Of a DNA stretch of 64,000 nucleotides, positions 8,529-18,194 are shown one piece after another. Source of the DNA: Candidatus Magasanikbacteria bacterium UBA922. Its GTDB lineage: Bacteria > Patescibacteriota > Patescibacteriia > Magasanikbacterales > UBA922. The stretch lies in the NCBI GenBank assembly GCA_002293825.1, contig DBDW01000011.1, forward strand, positions 9,436-73,435. The letters are read 5' to 3'. The notes below the pieces were generated by a model. The model saw only the letters and a program-made list of their open reading frames with translations, searched no databases and was not told the DNA's origin. The translations under genes were made by a program, and so were the position numbers. Numbering within the stretch: position 1 is the stretch's first letter; each line of letters starts with the position of its first letter.

Positions 8529-8822
8529 TTAAAAAATTCTATTGTATAACTCTTCTTTCTTTTTACTATTTTTCTTCAACTCAATTTCTCGTTTCCGAGC
8601 TTGAGTCTTTGAAAGATACGCCTCATAATAAACCAATCTAAACGGAACTTTGTGCTTGATTGATTTTGTCTTCCCTTGATTATGCTCTACCAATCTTCTT
8701 CTCAAATCTTCAGTAGAACCGATATACACAGTCCGATCTTGAAGACTTTCGATAACATATGTATAAAACATAGCTCCCTCTATAGTAACAGGTACACAGG
8801 ATGTCAGCCAGAGGCTGATCAC
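8529..8822 (-). CDS. GIY-YIG nuclease family protein (UPF0213-like small endonuclease)
   Basis: ...MFYTYVIESLQDRTVYIGSTEDLRRRLVEHNQG...FRLVYYEAY...REIELKK are classical GIY-YIG motifs. The probable start is the internal Met at 8771. Confidence 0.8.
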   Translation of the reverse strand: MISLWLTSCVPVTIEGAMFYTYVIESLQDRTVYIGSTEDLRRRLVEHNQGKTKSIKHKVPFRLVYYEAYLSKTQARKREIELKKNSKKKEELYNRIF

Positions 8823-8833
8823 CCTTCGGGTGA

Positions 8834-8870
8834 AAAACCTGATGTCCTAACCACTAGACGATAGCACCAT
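8834..8870 (-). repeat. 37-bp partial duplicate of the 5' part of tRNA-Glu (1 mismatch), upstream of the GIY-YIG gene
   Basis: 8834-8870 matches 8493-8529 (aaaacctgatgtcctaaccactagacgatagc[g/a]ccat). It covers the 5' acceptor strand, D-arm and anticodon-stem 5' side. Confidence 0.7.
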
Positions 8871-8977
8871 AACTTGGTAGCAAAAAGTATAGTAAAAAAG
8901 ATAAATCTTGTCAACATACACCTCATAAAAAGCAAAACGGGTACGGTGCAGATGCAACACATACCCGAACGAAGTCA

Positions 8978-9247
8978 TCAAATACCCTCTATATCGTCCC
9001 CCATTTCTCTGGGAGGCAGATAGGGTCCCCGATCGAAGGCAGTCCTCAGCTCACGACGCCCGACATACAGGCCGATCCCACTCAGAAGAAGAATCGCGAC
9101 ACACACCACCTTCGCATACGCACTGTCGACAACGATAATGCCGATCAGAGCAAAGATGATGAAGAGAACAAAAACCCAAGACAACTTGTAATATTTCACT
9201 GACGAAACCCTCCAGTCCTCGATAGTGAGGACAGACGAATATAGCAC
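8978..9247 (-). CDS. small 2-TM membrane protein (hypothetical), locally elevated GC (~50%)
   Basis: 89 aa with two hydrophobic helices. GC content is noticeably higher than in flanking DNA. Confidence 0.35.
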   Translation of the reverse strand: MLYSSVLTIEDWRVSSVKYYKLSWVFVLFIIFALIGIIVVDSAYAKVVCVAILLLSGIGLYVGRRELRTAFDRGPYLPPREMGDDIEGI

Positions 9248-9393
9248 ACAAATACTAGTATGTCAACATAGACACACAATATTGATTTAACCTTAGTCAC
9301 CTGCTACACTACGCACGCACTATATAAGGGAAAACAATAAACACACCTTCTGCAAACTCAGTATCACACTCCTCTCATACTAAAACGATATCT

Positions 9394-10449
9394 ATGAAAA
9401 TCCTCGGCATCGAATCATCCTGCGACGATACGTCTGTCGCATTGATAGAAATAAATGAAAAACATATTACAATCCTTGCAGAAAAAACCGCAAGCCAGAT
9501 TGAGGTACATGCAAAATACGGTGGAGTAATTCCAGAAATCGCCGGTCGAAAACACGCCGAACACATCATACCAGTCATCGAAGCAGTCATGGAAACACAC
9601 ACTCGACCAGATGCAATTGCAGTAACCTATGGACCAGGTCTTATTGCTGGTTTACTTGTGGGAGTAGAAGCAGCAAAAACACTGTCATATATCTGGAACG
9701 TACCCATAATCCCCGTCAATCATATTGAAGGACATTTCTATTCACCTGAAATTAATACAAAAACTCAAGAAAAAAATAGCATTCAATATCCTGCACTCGC
9801 ACTTATTGTAAGCGGTGGACATACTGAACTTGCATATTCACCCGTACCAGGAACATATGAAAAAGTCGGAGGGACACGAGATGATGCGGTCGGAGAATGT
9901 TTTGACAAAGTTGCAAAACTACTCGGAATACCCTATCCTGGTGGACCAAAAATCTCAAAACTAGCTGAACATGGTGATGGAAACAAAATCAATTTTCCTA
10001 GACCTATGGAACAATCTCCTGATTTCGACATGAGTTTTTCTGGTCTCAAAACCGCAGTACTCTATTGGCTACATGATCACCCGATTACAGTTGAAAATCC
10101 GAAATTTGAAAATGAAGAAGGCTCATTTACCATCGAAGATGTGTGTGCAAGTGTCCAATCAGCAATTACCGATGTGCTCATTTCAAAAACAACAGCAGCA
10201 ATCAAAAAATATTCCCCCCGCACACTTATTCTCGCCGGAGGAGTATCTGCAAACAAAAAACTCAGAGAAGAGCTCGAAGTGCTTACTACTAAACTTGGAA
10301 TTAATTTCAGACTTCCCGAACTTGCGTACACGACTGACAATGCTGCGATGATTGCAACTGCAGGATTTCATCGCTTCAATGAAAAGAAAACAGTATTATG
10401 GAAAAATGTAATCGCTGACCCTCAATCTTCATGGTACAAAGAAAACTAG
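9394..10449 (+). CDS. tsaD: tRNA N6-adenosine threonylcarbamoyltransferase TsaD (Kae1/Gcp)
   Basis: MKILGIESSCDDTSVALIE N-terminus. HxEGH metal site (VNHIEGHFYSP). 351 aa. Confidence 0.9.
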   Translation: MKILGIESSCDDTSVALIEINEKHITILAEKTASQIEVHAKYGGVIPEIAGRKHAEHIIPVIEAVMETHTRPDAIAVTYGPGLIAGLLVGVEAAKTLSYIWNVPIIPVNHIEGHFYSPEINTKTQEKNSIQYPALALIVSGGHTELAYSPVPGTYEKVGGTRDDAVGECFDKVAKLLGIPYPGGPKISKLAEHGDGNKINFPRPMEQSPDFDMSFSGLKTAVLYWLHDHPITVENPKFENEEGSFTIEDVCASVQSAITDVLISKTTAAIKKYSPRTLILAGGVSANKKLREELEVLTTKLGINFRLPELAYTTDNAAMIATAGFHRFNEKKTVLWKNVIADPQSSWYKEN

Positions 10450-10530
10450 TTCAATGCATTTCCAACACCACCATACTTAATCGCGCTCACCATTTTTACC
10501 ATTGCTATTTTTACAAAAATGATAAAAGTC

Positions 10531-13500
10531 TTATCCGCCACTAACTTCTATCGCCCCTTCCCCAAAAATTTCAGCAAGCTGTGCCACTACGGTATCAATC
10601 GGATCCACTAAAAATGGCATTTTGATATTTCCTCCTTCAACATGAATCAAAACCTCGTGAGATCCTGGATATTCACTGAGAATTTTTTTAACAGTCTCAG
10701 CATGTATTTTCAATAATTCCTTATTGGTCACAATAATAATCTGAGGTACAGTATATTCTTCAGGTTCTGGTACATACGAAACCGAACCACCAGACGCAAG
10801 TGATAAATACTGCGAAACCTCACGCACATTCTGTCGAGTAAGGGTATAAGCCTTTTCAACAAAAATTTTATTTTCCCCATCCTCTTTGGGTGTTTTACCT
10901 ACCACACATACCACATTCCCCACGACCCAGACATTCTTAGTCTGCTCATACGCTTTTGGAAATACGAGTAATTCCATCATACCTGTCATATCTTCAATCG
11001 TAACAAACATCATGATCGAACCTTTTTTGGTAATTTTCTTTTTGAGTGCAGCTACCACCCCTCCAGACACTACCCACATATCGCGTGCCGCATGTTCCAC
11101 GTCAGCAAGCATGGTTAATTTACCCTTCATCTGTGACTCGTAAAAAGCAAACGGATGACTCGAAAGATAAATACCCAGTAAATCTTTCTCCCATTTCAAT
11201 TTCTGATCAAGCGTTGCCTCTGGAGCAGGCTTGAGGGTTACTTTTGCATCAAGCGCAATTGAAGTGCCTGAAAACAAAGAATTCTGATTCGTAATCTTAC
11301 GTTCTCTATGCTGTCTCAAAAATCCCAAAATATTTTCACTATTAGAAAGTAACAATCCACGATCAAACCCAAAAGTATCTAATGCGCCGGCCTGAGCAAG
11401 ACTCTCAAGTGATTTTTTATTCAAATCTTTATCATCAATCCGTTCAAGTAAATTCTCCAGACTTGTATACCTTCCATGTGTTTTTCGCTCTTGATAAATC
11501 ACCTCACAGATATGTTCACCTACATTCTTAATTGCGGTCAAACCGAATCGAATACGACCTTTCTCACCAGGCTTCGATACCATTGCAAACGATCTAAAAC
11601 TTTCATTCACATCTGGAGGCAATACTTCGATCCCGATTCGACGACACTCTCCGACAATCTGTGCAATCTTGTCATTATCTCCAGATTCAGCCTGAAGCAC
11701 TGCCGTCATATACTGGACAGGATAATGCGCTTTCATATACGCAGTCTGATACGCCACAATTCCATAACTCGCCGCATGTGCTTTATTGAATCCATATGCA
11801 GCAAAAGGTTCAATTGCCCTCCACAATTCATCAATTTTTTCCTGCTTCAATTTTCCATATTCTTTACAGCCTTTGTAAAACTTTTCTTTTTGCAATGCCA
11901 TTTCCTCAGGAATCTTCTTACCCATGGCTTTGCGAAATTTATCTGCCTCCATCCAATCATATCCTGCAAGCTCAATTGCAGTAAGCATCACATCGTCTTG
12001 ATACACCAAAAGACCATATGACGCACCAAGAATTTTCTCAAGACGAGGATCAGGATATGTAACAGTCTCTGGATTATATTTTCGTTTAATATATTCAGGA
12101 ATTGATTCCATGGGACCTGGTCGATACAATGCGACCATCGCCATAATATCTTCAATTCGGTTCGGCTTCAATTCTTTGACCCAGCGTGTCATCCCAGACC
12201 CACCAAGCTGAAACGTGCCCATAGTTTCTCCACGAGCAAGCATGTCGAACGTGGTTTTATCGTCAAGTGGTAAATTATAAATATCAATTTTTTCACCTGT
12301 AGTTTTTTCTACAATCACAACCGCATTTCCAAGAATTGCCAAATTTCTAATTCCAAGAAAATCATTTTTCAAAACCCCCGCAGTCTCAACAGCCTTCATT
12401 TCGTATTGTGTCGTAATTTTTTCTCCTCCGGTTTCACGCTGGATTGGGGTGAAATCCGTAAGCGGAGTCGGCGAGATCACGACACCTGCCGCATGGATCG
12501 ACGTATGACGCGCACATCCTTCTACTTTTTGCGCCAAATCAAGCAAACGCTTAACCTCAGCATTTGTATCATAAATTTTTTTCAAATCAGGCTCTTCCTT
12601 GAGCGCACGCTCAATCGTCATCGGAAAACCTTGCGCACCCTGTGGAATCAATTTAGCCACCTGATCACAAAAACTATACGAAAGTCCCAATGCTCGCCCC
12701 ACATCACGCACACTTGCTCGAGCTGCCATGGTTCCAAACGTAATAATCTGCGCCACCCGATCAGCGCCATATTTCTTCGTAACATACTCGATCATCTCCT
12801 CACGACGATCGTCGGCAAAATCAGTATCAATATCAGGTGCAGATGGACGAAACGGATTGAGAAAACGCTCAAACGGAAGATTGAATCGCATCGGATCAAC
12901 AGTCGTAATTCCAAGAACATACGACACAAGCGAGCCTGCTGCTGAACCTCGAGTAGATTCCACAATTCCTACTTTTTTTGCATATCCTACATAATCTGCC
13001 ACACACAAAAAATACGGCGAATATCCTTTGGTCTTGATAATGTCAAGCTCATATTCAATACGTTGCTTGATTTCATCAGTAACAGGATTATAAAAATTAC
13101 CCACACATCGATACGCCTCATCACGCAAATGTTCATCATGTGTTTTTCCTGGAGGAACCTCAATTGGTGCAAAATGCCACACATTGAGTGGAATCTGAAT
13201 ATCCACCCGCGCAGCAATTTTCAATGTATTCTCAATCGCTTCTGGTACATGACGAAAACGAGAAATAATATCATCGCCCAGATTAAGAGAACGATCTACC
13301 TGACGATAGTCTTCACGATTAGTATATTCCACTTTCCAACCTTCAGATATACAGCGCAAAATATCCTGCGCCTCAGCATCATCAGGGTTGAGATAGTGTA
13401 CATCACGAGTTACGACCAACCCAACCCCACACTCTTTTGAAAGCTCAATTAAGGCAGTGTTAACCTGTAATTGCCCTTGAATTCCAGGATGATCTTGAAG

Positions 13501-14025
13501 TTCGAGAAAAAAATTATGTGGACCAAATATTGAGACATATTCAGCAATAACACGCTTTGCTTCATCACGATTGTGTTTCAAAATAAGTTGCGGAATCTCT
13601 CCCTCAATCGGACCAGACAATGCAATAATTCCTTTCCCCATGTTCCTGAGTATTTCCTTATCGATACGAGGTTTACCATTAAAAAATCCATCCAAATGCC
13701 CAATCGACGACAGACGCATGAGATTCTGATATCCTTCAAAATTTTCCGCGAGTAAAATCAGACGATGCATATCCTTATCGTACTCAGGATCTTTATCTGT
13801 CAATCTCCGCGGAGCAATAAAAGCCTCAAAACCAATAATTGGTTTAATCTCATGCTCAAGACACGCTTGATAGAATTCAATCGCCCCATACAACGATCCA
13901 TAATCAGTCAAAGCAAGCGCACTAAATCCTCGTTTTTTCGCAACCTTAACCAGAGCCTTTGGTTTTGCAAGCCCATTCAATAATGAATAATGCGAGTGTA
14001 CATGTAAATGCACGAAATCAGACAT
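10531..14025 (-). CDS. dnaE: DNA polymerase III alpha subunit
   Basis: 1164 aa. PHP domain N-terminus (HLHVHSHYSLLNG). Polymerase core and OB-fold. Confidence 0.95.
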   Translation of the reverse strand: MSDFVHLHVHSHYSLLNGLAKPKALVKVAKKRGFSALALTDYGSLYGAIEFYQACLEHEIKPIIGFEAFIAPRRLTDKDPEYDKDMHRLILLAENFEGYQNLMRLSSIGHLDGFFNGKPRIDKEILRNMGKGIIALSGPIEGEIPQLILKHNRDEAKRVIAEYVSIFGPHNFFLELQDHPGIQGQLQVNTALIELSKECGVGLVVTRDVHYLNPDDAEAQDILRCISEGWKVEYTNREDYRQVDRSLNLGDDIISRFRHVPEAIENTLKIAARVDIQIPLNVWHFAPIEVPPGKTHDEHLRDEAYRCVGNFYNPVTDEIKQRIEYELDIIKTKGYSPYFLCVADYVGYAKKVGIVESTRGSAAGSLVSYVLGITTVDPMRFNLPFERFLNPFRPSAPDIDTDFADDRREEMIEYVTKKYGADRVAQIITFGTMAARASVRDVGRALGLSYSFCDQVAKLIPQGAQGFPMTIERALKEEPDLKKIYDTNAEVKRLLDLAQKVEGCARHTSIHAAGVVISPTPLTDFTPIQRETGGEKITTQYEMKAVETAGVLKNDFLGIRNLAILGNAVVIVEKTTGEKIDIYNLPLDDKTTFDMLARGETMGTFQLGGSGMTRWVKELKPNRIEDIMAMVALYRPGPMESIPEYIKRKYNPETVTYPDPRLEKILGASYGLLVYQDDVMLTAIELAGYDWMEADKFRKAMGKKIPEEMALQKEKFYKGCKEYGKLKQEKIDELWRAIEPFAAYGFNKAHAASYGIVAYQTAYMKAHYPVQYMTAVLQAESGDNDKIAQIVGECRRIGIEVLPPDVNESFRSFAMVSKPGEKGRIRFGLTAIKNVGEHICEVIYQERKTHGRYTSLENLLERIDDKDLNKKSLESLAQAGALDTFGFDRGLLLSNSENILGFLRQHRERKITNQNSLFSGTSIALDAKVTLKPAPEATLDQKLKWEKDLLGIYLSSHPFAFYESQMKGKLTMLADVEHAARDMWVVSGGVVAALKKKITKKGSIMMFVTIEDMTGMMELLVFPKAYEQTKNVWVVGNVVCVVGKTPKEDGENKIFVEKAYTLTRQNVREVSQYLSLASGGSVSYVPEPEEYTVPQIIIVTNKELLKIHAETVKKILSEYPGSHEVLIHVEGGNIKMPFLVDPIDTVVAQLAEIFGEGAIEVSGG

Positions 14026-14114
14026 ACAAACAGTAATCTATTAGCACATGCTATAGTACAAGGTACAAGGATTACTGTCTAGATAGAGCACACCAAGAAA
14101 TACACAGGCGCCCC

Positions 14115-14150
14115 AATAAAAAACAGGTAGTGTATATTCTACCTGTTTTT
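14115..14150 (-). terminator. rho-independent terminator downstream of htrA
   Basis: Hairpin AACAGGTAG-tgtatattc-CTACCTGTT followed by a T-tract on the minus strand. Confidence 0.5.
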
Positions 14151-14154
14151 ACCA

Positions 14155-15387
14155 CTATTTTGTAAGTTCTTCAGGCATTTCTTCAAGCCTCACCTCGACT
14201 TCCCTCTCCTCACCTTTGTGCAACACATTCACGACAATAGTATCCCCGATACTATACTTCATAACCAATTTTGACAAAGAATCAATGTCTTCTATTCTCT
14301 CACCATTTATTGAAAGCAATATGTCATTCTCGACAATACCAGCCTTATCCGCAGGAGACCCGGGAATAACCGCCAAATCTTCTTCATTCACCCCGCGCTG
14401 AACGAGCACACCATATGTCACAGGCAAGTTATTCGCCTGAGCGAGTCGTGGAGTAATGGGAATATATCTCACCCCAAGCCACGGACGAACCAAGCGCCCT
14501 TCTTGCTCGACTGTTTCTATTGTTTTACGGACACTATTAATTGGTATAGCAAATCCTACGAGCTGACCTTTTTCAGAGACAGCAGTATTAATACCAATAA
14601 CCTTACCTGATAAATCGAGCAATGGACCACCAGAATTACCCGGATTAATAGCTGCGTCAGTCTGAATCGCACTCTCAAGAATTTCTACAGCGCCCATACG
14701 ATCCCCCGCCTCCACACGTCTCCCAATTCCACTAATAACACCTTTGGTAAGAGTATTGCCATATTCCGCAAGTGCATTACCAATCGCGAGCACGGTCTGA
14801 CCAATACGCAATTCATCAGAATTACCCAATTCAAGAACAGGAAGATTATCAGCCTCAATACGAATAAGCGCAACATCGATAGAAGGATCTTTTGCAATCA
14901 CTGTTGCTGGATGTCGAGTACCATCACTCAATACAACAGTGTATACGGCCTCCTCATCAGATACCACATGACGATTCGTCACAATCAAACCGTCAGAAGT
15001 AACCACAAACCCACTCCCACCACCAATCTGCTCAAGCCCAGATTGATCACGAGTGGATGATACACTCTCTTCGGGAATCATAAGCCATGGAGGAAGGAAT
15101 CCTAAAAAATCATCAAACATTCGACGAGAACTAAAAGTCCCCACTTCTTTCTCAATAATAATATTTACAACCGCTGGATTTACCTTCTCCACCAGTTCGA
15201 CCACACCACGCTCCTCAGAATCAATAACTATTGGTTCAGAATTACGAACCGTAGGTGTAATAAAATTTGAAAATTGTGGCACATGTGAAAGTACAAAAAA
15301 AGAAAAAACACCGCCCACAATGCCTGCTAAAAAACCAAATAAGCCACTTGTACGAAGTACAATACCTGATGATTGCTGTTGTGACAT
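14155..15387 (-). CDS. htrA: HtrA/DegP-family serine protease with PDZ domain
   Basis: N-terminal TM. Trypsin-like catalytic region (GNSGGPL). C-terminal PDZ. Confidence 0.85.
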   Translation of the reverse strand: MSQQQSSGIVLRTSGLFGFLAGIVGGVFSFFVLSHVPQFSNFITPTVRNSEPIVIDSEERGVVELVEKVNPAVVNIIIEKEVGTFSSRRMFDDFLGFLPPWLMIPEESVSSTRDQSGLEQIGGGSGFVVTSDGLIVTNRHVVSDEEAVYTVVLSDGTRHPATVIAKDPSIDVALIRIEADNLPVLELGNSDELRIGQTVLAIGNALAEYGNTLTKGVISGIGRRVEAGDRMGAVEILESAIQTDAAINPGNSGGPLLDLSGKVIGINTAVSEKGQLVGFAIPINSVRKTIETVEQEGRLVRPWLGVRYIPITPRLAQANNLPVTYGVLVQRGVNEEDLAVIPGSPADKAGIVENDILLSINGERIEDIDSLSKLVMKYSIGDTIVVNVLHKGEEREVEVRLEEMPEELTK

Positions 15388-15424
15388 AAAAAAATACTAA
15401 TTTAAAAAAATTAATATACAAAAA

Positions 15425-15739
15425 TTAGTCAGTAAACATATACCCAAAAATTTTTAAATCAACTTTACCATTGCACACTATCACACCCTCAGAAGAAAGT
15501 AGGTGTATTTTTTTCTCAAGCCCAAATGCATACCCTACAAGCATTCCCGTGCTTCCGACCACACGATGGCACGGCACATGCGGTGCATACGGATTGCAAT
15601 TAAGGGCACGGCCTACCGCTCTCGCACCATAAGGCACTCCCACGTAGCGAGCAAGCGCTCCATAGGTCGTTACTTTTCCCTCAGGAATACGCTTCAGTGC
15701 AGCGTATACCCGCCCCTCAAAAGGAGTTGGACTACGCAT
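15425..15739 (-). CDS. methylated-DNA-protein-cysteine methyltransferase (MGMT/Ogt) DNA-binding domain protein
   Basis: 104 aa with the PCHRVV active-site motif and a helix-turn-helix (TTYGALARYVG). Confidence 0.7.
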   Translation of the reverse strand: MRSPTPFEGRVYAALKRIPEGKVTTYGALARYVGVPYGARAVGRALNCNPYAPHVPCHRVVGSTGMLVGYAFGLEKKIHLLSSEGVIVCNGKVDLKIFGYMFTD

Positions 15740-15750
15740 ATATAGTACTA

Positions 15751-16146
15751 CTATGGTGATTGAAATATTTCAAGATATTCTTGCCAGTGTTTGAGAGCAC
15801 CGCTCACAAACTCGCCATTCTGTGACAAAAAATCAGATATGAAGAATACGCCCAAAATAAGTGGCAACAAAATCAAAAACAGACGAATATAATTCCCAAC
15901 AGTCATCCATGTGAGTCTTCGTTGAATTTTCCTATTCTGATGATAAATAACCTGCGACCATTTGATATTCTTTTCAAGAAGTTCTTGAAAATTAGGAGTT
16001 GCCTTTTCAGAAGAAGCAGGTACGATAGGAACATCGTGTACCGGCACAGGTGAGACATCCGTGTGTGTGTCTGATGAACCGTGCTTTTTTTTAGATGCAT
16101 CCTCAATTTGGTGAGGGGTATGCGAGGAAACTGGTGATTGTGTCAT
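15751..16146 (-). CDS. hypothetical membrane protein
   Basis: 131 aa with a C-terminal TM helix. No recognisable domain. Confidence 0.35.
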   Translation of the reverse strand: MTQSPVSSHTPHQIEDASKKKHGSSDTHTDVSPVPVHDVPIVPASSEKATPNFQELLEKNIKWSQVIYHQNRKIQRRLTWMTVGNYIRLFLILLPLILGVFFISDFLSQNGEFVSGALKHWQEYLEIFQSP

Positions 16147-16198
16147 ACAACAAATTTACTTACATGCAAATTAGACTTTGTTTTTTCAAAAATCGTTA

Positions 16199-16654
16199 TC
16201 ACACCCTACCTTCCAAATCACGAACTTCTTTTTGAAACTTCTTCACATCCTCAAATGCCCGATAAATAGAGGCAAATCGTATATATGCTACTTTATCAAA
16301 TCTACGCAAATGTGTCATTACAATATCTCCAATCTCAGCACTCGGTATTTCTTTACGATTTTTCTTTTGAATTTTACGCTCAATTGAATGAATCATTTTG
16401 TCAAAATTTTCTTGCGTATACGGACGCTTAGTCAGCGAATGTAAAATACCAGACTCAAGCTTCTTACGCGAATACACTTCACGCCGACCATCATTTTTAA
16501 CCACCGTAATATCAAGCAATTCTATTTCTTCCATGGTTGAAAAACGATACTGACACTTCACACATTCGCGTCTACGACGAATTGCATATCCTTCATGAGT
16601 AAGACGAGAATCGATAACTTTACTATCCTGTGAAGGACATATGGGACAATGCAT
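16199..16654 (-). CDS. nrdR: transcriptional repressor NrdR
   Basis: MHCPICPS...CVKC zinc ribbon plus ATP-cone. The start is taken at the internal Met and not the ORF-track start. Confidence 0.9.
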   Translation of the reverse strand: MHCPICPSQDSKVIDSRLTHEGYAIRRRRECVKCQYRFSTMEEIELLDITVVKNDGRREVYSRKKLESGILHSLTKRPYTQENFDKMIHSIERKIQKKNRKEIPSAEIGDIVMTHLRRFDKVAYIRFASIYRAFEDVKKFQKEVRDLEGRV

Positions 16655-16757
16655 ACATACGAGAATTATGAATTGGGCATGAGGTGTACAACGCCAAAAA
16701 AATACTGAAATCAACACTCAAAAGAATATACCGTTCCCAAACATTCTACTTCCAATC

Positions 16758-18044
16758 TCACATGCCCATCTTTTTTCTCAAAAATGTTGGAATTTCCAAA
16801 TCCTCTTCAGAAGAATCATCAGTAACCTTCCGTTGCGGCACGGTTGTTGATGGAGCAGTTGCACGAGTTGGAATATCTTCAGCAACTGTTTTTTTGATAA
16901 ATGGACGACGAGGTTGTTCGGACTGCACCGACAAAACTTCTTCTTCTGTTTGTACAGTGTCCTGATTTTTTTTGGCAAACAATCCTGATTTGATACCAAG
17001 CGGACGAGCGGTAAATACATCAAGACCCGGATCAGAACTTTGCTCAAGCACCACTGCGTGTTCACGCTCAGCTGGTGAAAAATCTAATTGATCAAATCCA
17101 GTCGCAACCACGGTAACACGAACATCCTCTCCCATACGTTCATCAACCACCGCACCAAAAATAACTTTTACATTTTCATCAGCAGAACTCGTAATTACTT
17201 TTGCTGCATCAGCAACTTCCTGCATACCCAATCCAGCGCCTCCGGTAATCGTAAAGAGAATACCTCGCGCACCATCAATCGAAATTTCAAGTAACGGACT
17301 TGAAATTGCAGATTTTGCAGCCTCTACCGCACGATTCTCTCCAGTACCGATACCAATACCCATAAGTGCTGAACCAGTATTACTCATAATCGTCTTTACA
17401 TCAGCAAAGTCAACATTGATCAATCCGGGCACAGTAATGAGTTCTGAAATTCCTTGTACACCCTGTCGCAACACGTCATCAACAATTTTAAACGCATCGA
17501 GCAAAGAAGTTTTCTTATCAATAATCTGAAGAATACGATCATTTGGAATCGTAATAATCGTGTCGACATATTTTGATAACTGTGCGTGCGCTTGTTCAGC
17601 AATCGCTTTTCGTTGTGGTCCCTCAAATGAAAATGGTTTAGTAACGACTGCAACCGTAAGTATTCCCATATCCTGAGCAATCGAGGCAACAATCGGCGCA
17701 GCACCTGATCCAGTACCACCACCAAGTCCGCAGGTGATAAAAATCATGTCAGTATCCTTGAGCGCTTCTCTAATCTCATTTTGAGATTCTTCAGCACTTC
17801 GTTTTCCCAGTTCTGGATTCATTCCCGCACCCAATCCACGTGTAATTGTTCTCCCAATATGTATTTTTTTTGCAGCAGGATTATGATGAAGTGCCTGTAC
17901 ATCCGTATTAAAGGCCAAAAATTCAACACCACGAATATTGCTCTCGACCATTCGAGCAACCGCACTCCCTCCGGATCCACCGACACCTACTACTTTTATT
18001 TTTGCAAATGTTTCAATATCTGGTTTTACTTGAGGCATACACAT
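16758..18044 (-). CDS. ftsZ: cell division protein FtsZ
   Basis: GGGTGSGAAP tubulin signature and the GLGAGMNPELG motif. Confidence 0.95.
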   Translation of the reverse strand: MCMPQVKPDIETFAKIKVVGVGGSGGSAVARMVESNIRGVEFLAFNTDVQALHHNPAAKKIHIGRTITRGLGAGMNPELGKRSAEESQNEIREALKDTDMIFITCGLGGGTGSGAAPIVASIAQDMGILTVAVVTKPFSFEGPQRKAIAEQAHAQLSKYVDTIITIPNDRILQIIDKKTSLLDAFKIVDDVLRQGVQGISELITVPGLINVDFADVKTIMSNTGSALMGIGIGTGENRAVEAAKSAISSPLLEISIDGARGILFTITGGAGLGMQEVADAAKVITSSADENVKVIFGAVVDERMGEDVRVTVVATGFDQLDFSPAEREHAVVLEQSSDPGLDVFTARPLGIKSGLFAKKNQDTVQTEEEVLSVQSEQPRRPFIKKTVAEDIPTRATAPSTTVPQRKVTDDSSEEDLEIPTFLRKKMGM

Positions 18045-18194
18045 CTGTTAGTGAGTACTTTTTGTATTCAAATTTACCATATCTAAACAAGTATACTATG
18101 GAAACACCATCGCTGTAAAGCAATGATGGTATACAGAATAAAAAATACACGAAATTATGCGTGTATTATATGTTCTTCGCTAAAACAGACTCTG

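Noticed and set aside
8456-8870. Possibility that the GIY-YIG gene is housed in a group I intron interrupting tRNA-Glu
   Set aside because: The downstream tRNA-Glu copy is complete and folds into a full cloverleaf on its own. The upstream element is a partial duplicate, not a 5' exon. No P1-P9 group I core was recognised.
16684-16965. Upstream extension of nrdR (ORF-track start at 16717) and small ORFs between nrdR and ftsZ
   Set aside because: NrdR family proteins start directly with the MxCPxC zinc ribbon. The extra 21 N-terminal codons are not conserved-looking and overlap the ftsZ 3' region.
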